From the NCBI RefSeq assembly GCF_009914755.1, contig NC_060945.1: a DNA stretch of 64,000 nucleotides. The stretch is one strand, 5' to 3'. The notes under the pieces are model-generated. The model was not told the origin of the DNA, made no database searches, and saw only the letters and a list, made by a program, of their open reading frames with translations. Source of the DNA: the human T2T-CHM13v2.0 reference genome, Homo sapiens. A program made the translations under genes and the position numbers. Below are positions 23,159-36,900 of the stretch, in pieces; the stretch's first letter is position 1; the number at the start of each line of letters is the position of its first letter.

Positions 23159-26100
23159 CAAACTTGCATTTTAAAAAGAACATACTGATGAGGGGGTGCA
23201 GAATAACTCATATAAGAGATTAAATATGAAGCTAGTATTATACTCGCAGTAATGAGGTGCCTTTCCAAGATTTAATAAAAGGATAGACTACTTATGCCTA
23301 CAAAGATAAGAGCAAAGACATTATGAACCATATTAAAGAGGCCAAATAATTCTTAGACTAAAACTCTAAAAGAACTCAGTGAGAGCTTGGTCATAGATCA
23401 AGAAATAATTTGTTAATCAAAAGGAGGATGACAATTGTTATGATTATTGAAAGTGAATCATCAATAAAGAAATATCAGTTGATCTATAGCACTTTTCAAT
23501 GGAAAGGATGTGCTGAACTATAAAAGGAATTGTCTAGTACTCACGGCCACTATGACTCTAAGGTGATATGAGTTCATTAGACTTCCATAGCTCCAAAAGA
23601 CTAGTCATTAAAATCATCTGATCAACACCTCTCACTCTGATTCTATTCCTACCATCAACTTTCTAGTTATCTTTTGGTTTGCATGTGATTTACCTTTAAA
23701 GAAAGTATCCTGATTACTGAACTCTGCTCTCTGGTTCAATTTTTTTTGTATTATTAATTTCAAAATTAGCATTATATTTTATATATGCATTTATTATGAC
23801 TTAGGTAGTTAAGTTTCAGCACCCTGTAAACTCTATAAGTATTAACTCCCATGTTTCTAAGACCCCTCTAATCCTGAATTGTAATGACTAAACAAAGTTA
23901 CCACTACTATGGAAATATATAGCTCTGTCTCACTGCTTACCTCCAAATTGTAACAAACAGCACAATACATATTTGTTTTGTTGTAGTATAAAGAAGGGTG
24001 GAATATATATATAAGTATAATAAAGATCTTAACACTAATTCCCTTGCTATGCACCCCAAACCCAGGTAAAAGTATGTTGTGGAACACTGTAAGAATAATG
24101 CAATTATTGTGTTAAAAACAAAAAAAACTATCACATACTTTTGAATTTTAGAACTAAATTGACCATTACAAAAGATAAGAAGACATTGCCTAGAAATCTG
24201 ATAATCTAATGTGATATATTTCGCTCTTCTCTCTTCTGGTATTGAACAATGAAAAAACAAACTGTTACCAAAAATAGCTACCTTACTCGAATATAATTGT
24301 CCATGCTGCATTAATTTTTAATTAATCTTGGATAGGCAAGCATTGCAGTATCCCTCTAAAAAATATTAAACATTTAAATTATATTCTCCCTTAATCAACT
24401 TATTATATTAAGAAAAGAAAACAACTATTTTGGCAACTTCAGCCTTCATTGGCTTTCTTTTTTCTTGATTTCCATGAAGATTTTAAGGGCATGTTCTCAT
24501 TAGGTCTTCCACATATTTGCCCATTTTTCATTTTTTGAAATTAAAAAATATATATATATGAATGATATCAGGCATACTTTTGGCACTTCTCCATTTTAAA
24601 GCTGACAAATGGAGTTCAAGATAACAAACTGCCAAAGACTGTGGGGAAAACAGAGAGCAAACATTGAGTGTGCCAAGCAAGTTGTTTGCCATCAGTCATA
24701 TTGACATAATGTGCCTACACTGAGAGAGACATAACAGCATCCTGCTAGATAATTCTAGGGAAAGGGGGTGAAAGCTTAATAGAACAATCAGTGGGTTACT
24801 TTTTTACCTATTTAAAGAATGATTACAAAATGACTTCTTAGATTGGATTGCTGATTGACATGCACTCATTTACAGTCAAGAGTTTTTAGGACAACACGTG
24901 GAGAAAGAGATATGGACGTAACCACACCAGGATTGTGTTTTTATGTGACCCAGGAGATAACCTTGAAACAATAGAAAGATAACAAATTGAAAACTGGCAT
25001 ATTTTTATATAAAAAATACAATTTTTACCCTCAAGAAATTTACAATAAGATAAAAAAATTTGAAATTTTTAATTTAAGGAAATCTTTGCACATTCTTTTT
25101 CTCTTATTTGTCAATAAATTTACAAATATTAGCTAACTTAAAAGAGTTCTGAGAAATAAGCAAAAGATGAAAACTATACAAAGAACAAAAAAACTTTCTT
25201 ATTTCCTATTTTGAGGAAAAAAGTATTCATCTCAAAGGCTTAGTTTGGTAGTGGTAGACAGTCCCAATATTATTTTGGAACTTGCCTGATCGGCTGGAGA
25301 TATTACATAAGGGTATCTACATCATAGGATCAGGAAAACTCACATTCTTTGATTCATTCAGCTAGTTAGCCCCTCTAGTGTGGAGTACAAGTTTAGGGTG
25401 AACAAAAATACACATACAGAAATTATGTCATAACATGATAAAATAAAATGTAATAAAAATAATGAATGTTATATGGCTGAAATGCCCTTCATTTAATTCC
25501 GACTGATTATTAAGATATTCAACGGACCAGTTTAAAGCCAGACAGCTAAAACTTCTACCTAGATGTGTGGTGCACTGCAAACCCATCATGCTGAAAATTT
25601 GATTCACTATATATTCATCTAAAAATTATTTTTAGAACATACTATGTTCAAGGCAATGTGACTTTTCCTTCTCCTTATTTCTACTCTCATGTTCAGAAAA
25701 CATAACATATGAAAGTAGACCAAAGACTAAATATTACTGGCTACTATATACACCAAGATCAGTTTTTATCAAGTATTTGTACTTCTTCATATGTATGGAC
25801 ATTATTCAGCAAATACTTGCACGAAATAACCTATTAGCTTGGCCGGTTGCCTTTGGTTCCCTCTATACCTTCTTGTTTCAGAAACTTCCCATCTCAGTAT
25901 GGTACAATATCCACAGGTCCCTGTTTGTGGAATCTCTACAGTGGCTCTCCATCAGTTTCAGGGTTTTTACTGGCTTTAGTAAAATCAAAGGCATATAACT
26001 ATCATTCTTGGAAAGTTTAGAATTTTGTTTCTATCATAAAATGTTTTCATATGATTGATGATATGCCAGAAATATCACTGCTTTACAATACATACCTCTA

Positions 26101-26879
26101 GAAATAGTGAGGGGATTTCAAAATTTTGGTTTATACCCCAAAAAGACAGTAAGAATAAAAGATGTGTTAACTGATGAATTCAGTGAATAATCTCTAAATG
26201 GAATTCTCTCATTCTTTTCTTACTACTATACCCCCTTTTATAATTTCCTGTCTCTGAACAAGCATGTGCATGTGTATTCACATGTGCACACACAGAGAAA
26301 GTTACATGAATCCCTTTTTTTCTTACTAGAACCTGAAATGGTTTCCTCTACTTAAGGTCTATGATACTTGACACTATTAAACGATGGGCTCTTTTTCTAT
26401 TTTAGTTTTCTTTTACTTTACTTGCTATGTAACAATAAATATTTGCACCCTACTGACCAAGATTTTAAAAAAAAGAGGGAAAGGAAAATAAAATGTTAGC
26501 TCTGTTTGTGGTATTCACTTAATCTTTTTCAAAATGAATTCCATAGTATTGAAAGATAAGAAAAAATTATCTTACTTGGCAAGGCCAAATTTATTATAAA
26601 GTATATTTGTTCATTTTGCAAGTCAGTTTTTGCTAAAATAAGAAATTTATAATCCTCAGAAATCTATGAACACAGATCATAATATTGGCAAAAATAATTT
26701 TCTAAAAATATTTGGTATGTTTATAACTGATATGCTGTCTTTTGGAAATTACTTAAGCATCAGATAACATAAAAATTGTTTTTATCCCTCTCTAATAACA
26801 GTATTTCTAACTTGTAACTACTTATAGAAGACATGATGGCACTAGTAAAAGAGTAAAGTATCAAATAGGAATATTATAT

Positions 26880-27270
26880 TATTTAGGGTAAGGTAAGGTA
26901 AAGTAATAAATAAAATCAAAATTTCAGCAGTTTAATACAATTGAAGTTTATTTCTCAGTCGTAAGTGTGTGCTCCTGGTTGGTGGAGACTCTTCCTCATG
27001 CTATAATTTAGGGACCCAAACTTTTTCTAAACTGTGACTCTGCTCTGTCCTAAAGGCTTCAACATTATTACCTGGCTCTAGGTGTATGAGACAGGTACCA
27101 TTGCTTCTTAAAAGTCGTACCTAGAACTTGAAAACATCACTTCCTCTCACATTCCAGAATTATTTACAGGGTCATACCTAGCTTCAAGGGAAACTAGGAG
27201 ATAAAATTCCACCGGGAACAGCCATCACGCTAAACCATGAAAACGTGCATAACTTTTGGTAGACAAACCT
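26880..27270 (-). mobile_element. Old MaLR LTR (MLT1K-like)
   Basis: gaagtttatttctc...tttagggaccca...catcacttcctctcacattcca motifs; very diverged. Confidence 0.5.
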
Positions 27271-27733
27271 TTAACCCCATTATGTTCAGATAAGCCCAAA
27301 GTATTCAACCAAGAAATACGATTTTTGAATAAATCACAAAAAATTTAGAAGTCATAAAATCTTTTGGAAAACATGTGTTAATACATCTCTGTGGCATACT
27401 TGTTTTATTTCTTATATTTCTTAAATTGCTTAAAATTACTGTTTTGCTCACCAAGGGCATCAATTTATTCATTTTACTACTGACCAAACAAAAATATTGC
27501 ATAAATGTATAATAATGCAACAATGTAACCCTGATTCATTTAGTTTCCTAATCATAATTTCAAGAACATATCTACAGACAGCAAATACATACCTACATTT
27601 GTTTCCTGGCTCTTTTTAATATGAAATTCCAATAGATGTCTATGATCCTGACCATGTGAACACTGACATTAAAAACCAAGATGGAATACCCATAAATTTT
27701 TCACATTTGTCTACTACTTATAAACAGGCAATT

Positions 27734-30700
27734 CTGGTTGCCTGTGTTTGTGGGTTATTGCTCAAGAAATGTTTTCCCAGACCAATATCCTGTAGATTTT
27801 CCCCGATGTTTTCTTGTGGCAGTTTCATAGTTTGAGGTCTTAGATTTAAGTCTTTAATCTAGTTTGACTTGACTTTTGTGTACGGTGAGAGATAGGGGTC
27901 CAGTTTCATTCTTCGGCATATGGATATCCAGTTTTTCCAGCACAATTTATTTAAGAGACTCTCCTTTCCCTAGTGTATGTTCTTGGCACCATGTCAAAAG
28001 TGAGTTCACTATAGGTGTGTGGATTTATTTCTGGGTTCTCTGTTCTGTTCCATTGGTCTACGTGTCTGTTTTTATGCCAATACCATGCTGTTTTGTTTAC
28101 CACAACTCTGTAGCAAGATCTGAAGTCGAGTAATGTGATTGCTCCAGTTTTGTTCTTTTTGTTTAAAATAGCTTTGGCTATTCTGAGTCTTTCGTGGTGC
28201 TATATAAATTATATGATCTTTTTTCTAATTCTTTGAAGAATAATATTAGTATTTTGGGATAGGGATTGCATTGAATCTGTACATTGCTTTGGGTAGTATA
28301 GACACTTTAACAATATTGAGTCTTCCAATAAATGAACATGGAATATTTTTCCATTGCTTTCATTAGTCTTTTATAGTTTTCATTATAGCGATCTTTCCAT
28401 TCTTTGGGTAATTTTTAGGTATTTATTTTATGCATGGCTATTATAGATGTCATTACTTTTTAATTTCTTTTTCACATTATTCACTGTAGGCATATAGAAA
28501 TGCTACTGAGTTTTGCATGTTGATTTTGTATCCTGCAACTTCACTGACTTTGTTTATCAGTTCTAACAGTTTTCTTATAATCTTTAGGTTTTCCTAATTA
28601 TAAGATCATATCATGAGCAAACAAGGTTAATTTGACTTCTTTCCTTCCAATTTGGATGCCCTTTATATCCTTCTCTTGTCTGATTGCTCTAGCCAGTAAT
28701 TCCAGTAGTATGTTGAATAACGGTGGTGAAAGTGGACCTCCTTGTCATTTTCCAGATCTCAGAGGAAAAGCTTTCAGTTTTTTTTCCCATTTAGTATGAT
28801 AATACCTGTGGGTCTGTTGTATGTGGTTCTTAAATGTATTGAGGTATCTTCCTTCTATTCCCAGTTTTTTGAGGGTTATTATCATGAAGGAATGTTGAAT
28901 TTTATCAAATGCCTTTTCAGAAACAATGGAAATCATAAGGTTTTTGGCCTTCATTCTGTTGATATGATGTATCATGTTGATTGATTTGCATATGTTGAAG
29001 CATCCTTGCATCCCAGGGATAAATCCTAGTTGGTCAGGATAAATGCCCTTTATAATGTCTTGTGGAATGCAGTTTGCTAGTATTTTGTTGAGGATTCTTG
29101 CATCAATATTCATCACAGATACTGGCCTGCGGTTTTCTTTTTTTGATGTGTCTTTGGTTTTGGTATCAGGGTAACACTGGCCTCATAGAATAAGTTTGAA
29201 AGTATTCTCTCATCCTCTATTTTTTGGAATAGTTTGAGTAGGATTGGTATTAGTTCTTCTTTAAGTGTTTGGTAGAATTTGACAGTGAGGCCATCAGGTT
29301 CTTTACTGGGAGACTTTCTATGACAGCTTCGATCTCATTACTTGTTATCCGTATTTTCATGTTTTGGATTTCTTCCTGGTTCAATCTTGGTAGGTTGTAT
29401 GTACCTAGAAATGTTTTTATTTCTTTTAGATTTTCCAATCTATTGGCATATAGTTGCATGTAGTACCCCTTAATGAGCCTTTGAGTTCTGCATTATCAGC
29501 TGTCTCCTTCTTCATTTCTGATTTTATTTATGTGGATCTCCTCTTTTTTTTCTTAGTTATTCTGGCTAAAAGTTTGTAATTTTGTGTAATGTTTTTTAAA
29601 AAAAACAACTTTTTGTTTCATTGACCTTTTGTATTTTTTATTTCAATTTCATTTATTTCTGCTCTGATCCTTATTATTTATTTTCTTCTACTAATTTTGG
29701 GTTTGGTCTGCTCTTGCTTTTCTAGTTCTTTAGGATGCAATGTTAGATTGTTCATTTGAAGTTTTTCTTATAGCTATAAATTTCCCTCTTAGTACTGATT
29801 TTACTGTATCTCATAGGTTTTTGTATGTTGTGTTTACATTATCATTTGTTTCAAGAAATTTTTCAATTTCCTTCTAATTTCTTCATCAACCCACTGGCCA
29901 CTCAAGAGCCTATTGTTTGATTTCCATGTGTTTCTATAGTTTCCAAAATCCCTCTTTGTATTACTTTCTAATTTTATTTAATTGTGGTTAGAGAAGATGC
30001 TTGACATTATTTCAAATGTTTTAATGTTTTAAGATGTGTTTTGTGACCTAACATATGGTCTATTCTGGAGAATGATTCATGTGCTGAGGAAAAAAGTGTG
30101 TACTCTGTAGCTCTTGGATAAAATGTTCTTTAAATATCTATTGGATGCATTTGGTCTACAGTGCAGATTAATGTTTCTTTGTTGATTTTCTGTCTAGAAA
30201 ATCTGTCCAACGCTGGAAGTGAGGTGTTGAAGTCTCCAGCTATTACTTTATTGGGGCCTGCCTATCTCTTTAGCTCTAATAATATTTCCTTTCTATATAT
30301 TGATGGTCTAGCATTGGGTGCATATATATTTAAAATTGTTATATCCTTTTGCTGAATTCATTTCTTTATTATTATATAGTGACCTTCTTTGACTCTTCTT
30401 ATAGTTTTTGTCTTGAAGTCTATTTTGTCTGATATAAGTACAGCTACTGCTACTTTTCTCTGGCTTTTGCTGGCATGGAATATCTTTTTTCATCCCTTTA
30501 TTTTCATTCTATGTGTGTCTTTATAGGTGAAGTATGTTTCTTGTAGGCAACAGACTGATTGATTTTTTTTCATCCATGCAGCCATCTTATGTCTTTTGAT
30601 TGGAGAGTTTAGTCCATTTACATTTAAAGTCGTTATTGATAAGTAAGAGCTTACTCCTGCCATTTTGTTATTTATTTTTTCTCTTTTTTAGTTGCCTTCT

Positions 30701-31158
30701 CTTCCTTCTTTCTTTCCTTCTTGTCTTCCTTTAGTGTAGATGGTTTGATTTAGTTTCTTTCTTTTCATTTTTTGTGTCTCTATTCTATGTTTTTTGGTTT
30801 AAGGTTGCCATGAGGTTTGCAAATACTGCCTTGTGGCCCATTATTTTAACCCAATAACAACCTAACACTACATAAACAAACAAACAAAAAGAAAATTAAT
30901 AAAAACTCTACATCTTAACTTTGTCCCCCTACTTTTTAACTTTTTGTTATTTCTACTTATATCTTATTATACTGCCTGTGCCTTGAAAAGTTGTTGTAGT
31001 AATTATTTATTATTAGTTCATTGTTTATTCTTTTTACTTAGGATAAGAGTAGCTTACACACCACAGTTACAGCATTATCATATTCTGTGTTGTTCTGTGT
31101 ACTTACTATTACCAATGAGTTTTCCACCTTTAGATGATTTCTTATTGCTCATTAATGT
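27734..31158 (-). mobile_element. L1MA (L1MA2/L1M1-like) internal segment from ORF1 3' end to late ORF2; no 3' UTR or tail
   Basis: ORF 28745-29116 ([14 protein letters not shown]...[27 protein letters not shown]...[23 protein letters not shown]) is the L1 RT domain; ORF 29250-29459 is also ORF2. Confidence 0.93.
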
Positions 31159-31805
31159 TAAACAAGTAATTTCAATATCTCTATTTGATCTGCAATAATT
31201 CACCCAAACTCCAGATTAATTTCCAGCTGATTAGTTCAATTTTTAGCACAGACACAGTTTACTCAAAATTAACACATCCAAATCAAACTGGATCTTCTCA
31301 CTCTATACATAAAACCTGATGGTCTTCAAATATTTTGAATGATGCACTCATTCATTAATCAAATAAAATTATGCATGGAGCTCATGTGAGAAGTGTCAAC
31401 TCTTTGTCAATATACTCTAAAAGAGGGTCATTTTGGTAAAACAGACACACACAATAACCAATAAAAAGCAATGCTGCTACCTATCCTAATGAAAATAGCC
31501 CTGCATGCATGATTGTTAAACAGTCAAAAAAAGGGACCAAACATTGAAAGAGATTCAACAGGTAGGAAGAGATGAAAAATGAATAAATCAAACAGATTTT
31601 AAATAAAAATGCAATAATTCAAAAAGAGAAGATCATTTTATTTCAAATCCATGATTGTGTCAAGTAAAGAGAATGCTGACTTCATAAAAAGAGATTGCTA
31701 GAGACATAACAGAATAAGAAATCAAAGAGTTCATAGAAACTATTAATAAAAAATTAATTTCCATTAAATCACCAAATGAGTATTTCTGAGTCTAAAGTCC
31801 TATCT

Positions 31806-32024
31806 TAGGATTTCCAGATACAATACAGGACACCCATCTAGATTGGAACTTCAGATGCCTAATGATTACTTTTTTTAGTCTAAGTATGACCCAAATATTG
31901 CATGAAACATGCCTATGTAAAGGTAATTTATTGACAAGGAAGGGGCAAAGTAATCTGTTGCTTCTCTGAAATTCACATTTGACTGGGTGCCCTGTATTTG
32001 TATTTGCTAAATATGACAGCCTTA
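31806..32024. mobile_element. MER53 palindromic MITE
   Basis: tagg-ttccagata-aatacaggacaccca...aagtatgacccaaatattgcatgaaacat...ctgaaattcacatttgactgggtgccctgtattt...gctaaat matches the recalled MER53 layout. Confidence 0.8.
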
Positions 32025-32599
32025 AGTATTATGCAGTTAGTGAGTGGAGATTAGATAATACACAAAGAAGAGCATAAAGAAACTATAAACTAAGTTTGTA
32101 TTAGTTTTCTCTTAAAAAATATAATTTCCAGTTAAAATGAAAATCACTAAATACAAAAAAAAATTGCATGACTAAAGACTTAAGTAGGAGTCTAAAAGAC
32201 AGAGTCTAGAAATTCTCTTATAAATTAGATCAAAAAAGATAAAGAGGAAAAGCATGAGGGAAAATTCATAGGCTATATAAAGATTAGATTCAAAAAGCTA
32301 ACATCTATCCCTTAAGAGTTCTGGAGGGAAAAACAAGGACAATGGAGAGGAGGAGAGAGTTTTCAGAGTACCATGGTTTAATTTTACGTAATGAAAAGTT
32401 AATAGAAATTTTCTAAAATTGGAATTCCTAATAAAAATATTTTAAGGTGAGATAGAAAACCAAAAATGAATTTGTAATAACATAATTGTCGAGGTGGCAG
32501 AGAAAACAGAAGAGAAGAAGAAAAAATATGCTAAAATCATTATTTTCAAATGGAGGAGAATAACATTACTCAAGATAGATGTATTTATTATTTAGACCT

Positions 32600-33100
32600 G
32601 TAGTGATATATTTAGTCCAGATTTCTCAAAACAAAGCTTCAGGTTAAGGCTTGAATGCAGGTAGTTTATTTGGGAAGTAAATTCACTAATCAGGAATGAA
32701 AAAATTAGTGAGTGAGACAGGGAAGGAAGAAAAGCAAATATAAGAACAGGTTGTTGACTTGGCTACCATAACAGGTGACTAAAACTCAATTCTAATGTAT
32801 TTTCTGAGGAGCATTAGGAAAATTATTTTGCATTAATCTCCCAGGAAATGAAAGAGGAAAAACTTAGCTATACATTTTATGCCCCGTTGGTTAAAGCCAA
32901 TAATGTGTTCTATCTGATGTCAACACAATCAAAACTGTGATCAGAAGCAAAGGACTTAACAGAAACCTGAGGCAAGTGAATCTGTATAGTTGTCTTTTCC
33001 ATGTGAAAGCAAGTTGCATTTAATCATCTGTATTGATTGGCATTAAGAAGATTACATTCACCAAATCAATAGACATATCTGAAGTGCTTAAAGTTGTGTC
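32600..33100. mobile_element. Ancient LTR fragment (LTR78/79-like)
   Basis: tgcaggtagtttatttgggaagt...gtgagacagggaaggaagaaaagc motif. Confidence 0.4.
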
Positions 33101-33449
33101 TATATTTTCTAGTCTGCCAAGGCTAGACATTCATTATTTCTCAGCTACACTTAATAATTAGATGCTGGGCCTCATTTTTATAACAGAAAGTCTGGAAATG
33201 TAGCAGATAAGAATCTCCTTAGAAGCTGCCACAGAGCCCCTCTGGTTTTAACAGTATGCCTTAAATTGATCATTAGCTAAAAACAAACTAGTCCTTTTCT
33301 TTTTTCAGTGCATCATAACAGTTTACAATAGCCGGACAACTCCACTATTCCTAAAACTGCTATTTTTTTCCTTCCATTCAAGGGCAACAATTTCTGCATA
33401 ACCCAACATTTTCCCTTCCCCCATTCCTTCATTCAAATTCATCACAAGT

Positions 33450-33825
33450 GTCTGATGTTTAATTTTATGTGCCAGCTTGGCTGGGCCAAGATGCTCAGAT
33501 ATATGATCAAACATTATTCTGGATGTTTCCATCAGGGTGTTTTTGAATGAGATTAACATTTAAATCAGTGGACTTTGAGTAAAGTAGGTTGCCTTCTCTG
33601 ATGGCGGGGGTGGGGGCGGGGGGTGGAGTTTCATCCAATCAGTGAACTCCTGTATAGAACAAAAGACTGCCCTTCATTGACAATAAGGAATTCTACCACT
33701 AGAGGCCTTCGAACTTGAACTGCAACATTGACTCTTCCTGGGTTGTCTCTAGTCTACCAGCCCATCCTGTAGATTTTGGACTTACCAGCTTCTATAATCA
33801 TATCAGCCAATTCTTATAATTACAA
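33450..33825 (+). mobile_element. ERVL solo LTR, MLT2B-like
   Basis: aattttatgtg-cagcttggctgggcca...caaacattattctggatgttt...gagattaacatttaaatcagtggactttgagtaaag...catccaatcagt. Confidence 0.88.
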
Positions 33826-33975
33826 TATATAATAAATTGTATAAATCTATATATGTATATATACATATATATAAAAGAAGGACTATGTGTTTGTGTATGT
33901 GTGTACATATATACATTTATTATATACATATACATGTATTACATATCTTATATACATCTATATGTACATATCAAT
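33826..33975. repeat. (TA/TG/CA)-rich low-complexity tract
   Basis: Direct reading; MLT2B elements commonly carry such a tract at this position. Confidence 0.8.
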
Positions 33976-36900
33976 ATTTTACTCCACTTATTTAATATGC
34001 ATTTTTTATCAAAGTCTTCTTTGTAATTCCTATTATCTCAACTTTCAGAATTTCCTTTTCTAGCATTCAGCATGTTGGTAGTAATAGATTAGAACTTTGA
34101 TCATATTCACATAATCTAAAATTCATTTACTTTAAAATCTTTAGAATCTTATTGTATTTTATAAATATTTTTCAATAGTCAAAAAGCAGCATTGAAATCT
34201 CAACAAAGATTCCACCATCCCAGTGGGAATAAATCTCTATTTTACAAGCTATAGCTATCTGAGTCAAAGTAATTTTCTATATTATGTCCCGTTATAAGTA
34301 ATTACATTATTTTTACACTGTTCATCCAATATTAGAGAAAATACTTGAACTCTGCTGCCTGAACATTACTCTAGGCACGATACAAGAGAAAATGTAATCA
34401 TAATATCGACAGCTCTGTTTAAACTCCCTTCAAAGAAGTTTGGATCAGTCTCACACTGTGTCTGAAAGCAGATATTTATAAATTGCTTTGAATTATATGA
34501 CACCTTTCTTCTCCCAAGGAGCTTATTCTTATAGTATTTATTCTGTGGCATTTCAAATAATTGATTTGTTTCAGTGTGCATGTCCAGAGGCCCCAAGGAC
34601 ATGGCCATGTTTTTCACAGATCTAATAACTAAAATTAACTTGGGGCAAAAACCAATGAAGGGAAGCTAATGCAATCAAGTGGGAGGCACGAAGACTCCGC
34701 GTGTTGTGTGTTGTTCATCTCATGGAATATTCTTTGTGTGTGCTGAAAGATATTGAAGATATATAAGATACTGAATTTTCTGTTTCTATTTCTGACCCTC
34801 TGCTGACTCAGTAACTGACTGTGGACAAGGAGACACTAAATATTTTGCAGCTGCACCACATTTACTTAGCAGAAATTATGTTATTGGTGAGCTGTGTTCT
34901 AACAGCATTATCTGCCAGACATTATACTGACTAATGACATCATATTATAAATAAATTAAAATTCCTCAGATGATGAGAACTTCCAAACATAGCTTATATC
35001 TTTTTTTACTGAATAAAACAGAACTCCCACTGCAGCTCCACTCAGAGCCCAACCTAGTGTTACTTGACCCATGAAAATTCCTTGAAGTCTCTAATAAACG
35101 TTTGCCTCAAGAGAATTTAGCAATATTGCCTGAGTTGCACAGTGATCAAAGATCTTATCTAATATAACAACAGAAATTGAAACAGAAGACGACAAAGATG
35201 ATGCTAAAAACCCAATATTCAATAGGTAGCATTTTATAAGACATTAACACTGTTCCTTGAACTTACAATATAACTATTTTCTATTATCTGCCCAGAATAT
35301 AACTATAATGTGTGAAGTTGTATTTAGTTAAATTAGGTTGGTATGAAATGCTGTAATCTAAAAAAAAAGCAAGAATATAAGTCACTGTTGATGTTGTTTC
35401 AGTCTGAATCTAGAGTTAATTTCTACTTTCCATAAGGTATTTGTTTTGTCTTGTTTGGTTTGGTTTTAAATAGATGTCAAATGCCTATGAATTTCCTAGG
35501 AGTATATTTCTCAACATTATTATATGCTCAAGCTGTCAGTATGTCAGACATAGAGAAGAAAGGAGTAAGGAGTATGATACACATCTGTACATTTATTTTG
35601 TATAAATTAATGACAATCCCACTTGAAATCCAATTAATATATTAATAATGAATGCAATCTAGATATCTTGGTAAAATCTCAACAAGAATAAAAACAGATT
35701 TAAATTTTAAAAAATTGTTGTTTTTTGTGTGTATGTGTTTTTAACATAGCCCATTTTCCATTTCTTTTTCCATTAGTTAATAGTTCCATGGGGCTTTCCC
35801 CTGGGCCAATAGCTGGGCTTTGATCTCACATTTCTAGCAAATCTCTGCCAGTGGAGGCAATAGTGTTGCCTGCCAGTTCAATTCAGTTCTTACCTCTTTT
35901 TCTAATTGTTCTGATGTCCTCAGAATCCCATGTGCCAAAATAAACCCTTGTCTGTCTGTTTCACAGCTCTATGTGCCTGAGCTGGTTTCCACAAACACAG
36001 AAACATCTCCTGCACTAATGATCTTCTACACAAGTATAGGTATGAAAAGAGCTGTATATGGGATTCTCTTCAGAAAAGTATTCCTCTGTTCAGTTATGAA
36101 GGTAAAGATTGGGTTCAACTTTTCAAGTTATTCTATGTTATGAAAACTTTTGTTTTCTTTAATAACCTTGATATTAGCCTTTCATCTTAATACATATAGA
36201 GTTAATGATTATGGATTTTAAGGAGGAATAGCTGTCTTACTTCTGTATTTTTCTTCAGTGATGTTCTATTGCACAGATGTAGACACTATGCAGATATTTG
36301 GATTTAACTTTGGTTACTGTCTCTTCAAACAGGTAACACACAACAAGACTTAAAGGTATCGTATGCATACACAATAGCATTCAAAATAATGAATCTCTTG
36401 ACACTTTCTAAATGTTTAGCCCACCTAAGGCACATCTCTCAATATGTCTATAGTAAGAATACAATTAAGAAGTAATCTGTTTTTGCTTCTGCCTCCAGCC
36501 ATGAAGGAGTAATAGGGCTAAGATTTACCCTCCCATTTTAAACAACAAACAACTAAAAAATAAAGTAAAATATAATCAATGGTTTTCAGATATTAGACAA
36601 TGGGTAGTACAGAAGAATAACCTCTGAGAAAAGGAAAAAAAATAAAGTGAGCCCTACAATTGTCCCATCTTGCTAACTACAAATGTTTCCAGGCTAGAGC
36701 ACAGGAAGAAGAAATGCATAGAGAGCCTATGATATTGCTGAATTGAGAAGACAAGTACAGAGTTCAGAGATGCCAAGGCATCTAGAATTCACAGGCAGCA
36801 TACTGGAAAGAGGCAACTACCTAAGAAAGAACCTCAGAGGTCTGCAAAGGGCTCCCCTTGGGGCTTCGTCATGAGCATGAGCATGATTAGCACATGCAGT

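Noticed and set aside
28745-29116. Reverse-transcriptase ORF
   Set aside because: Fragment of a decayed L1 ORF2 with surrounding frameshifts and stops; not a gene or active element
35886-36020. Minus-strand exon candidate with a strong AG|GTAAG donor
   Set aside because: All three frames contain stops and the acceptor lacks a pyrimidine tract; no support as a coding exon
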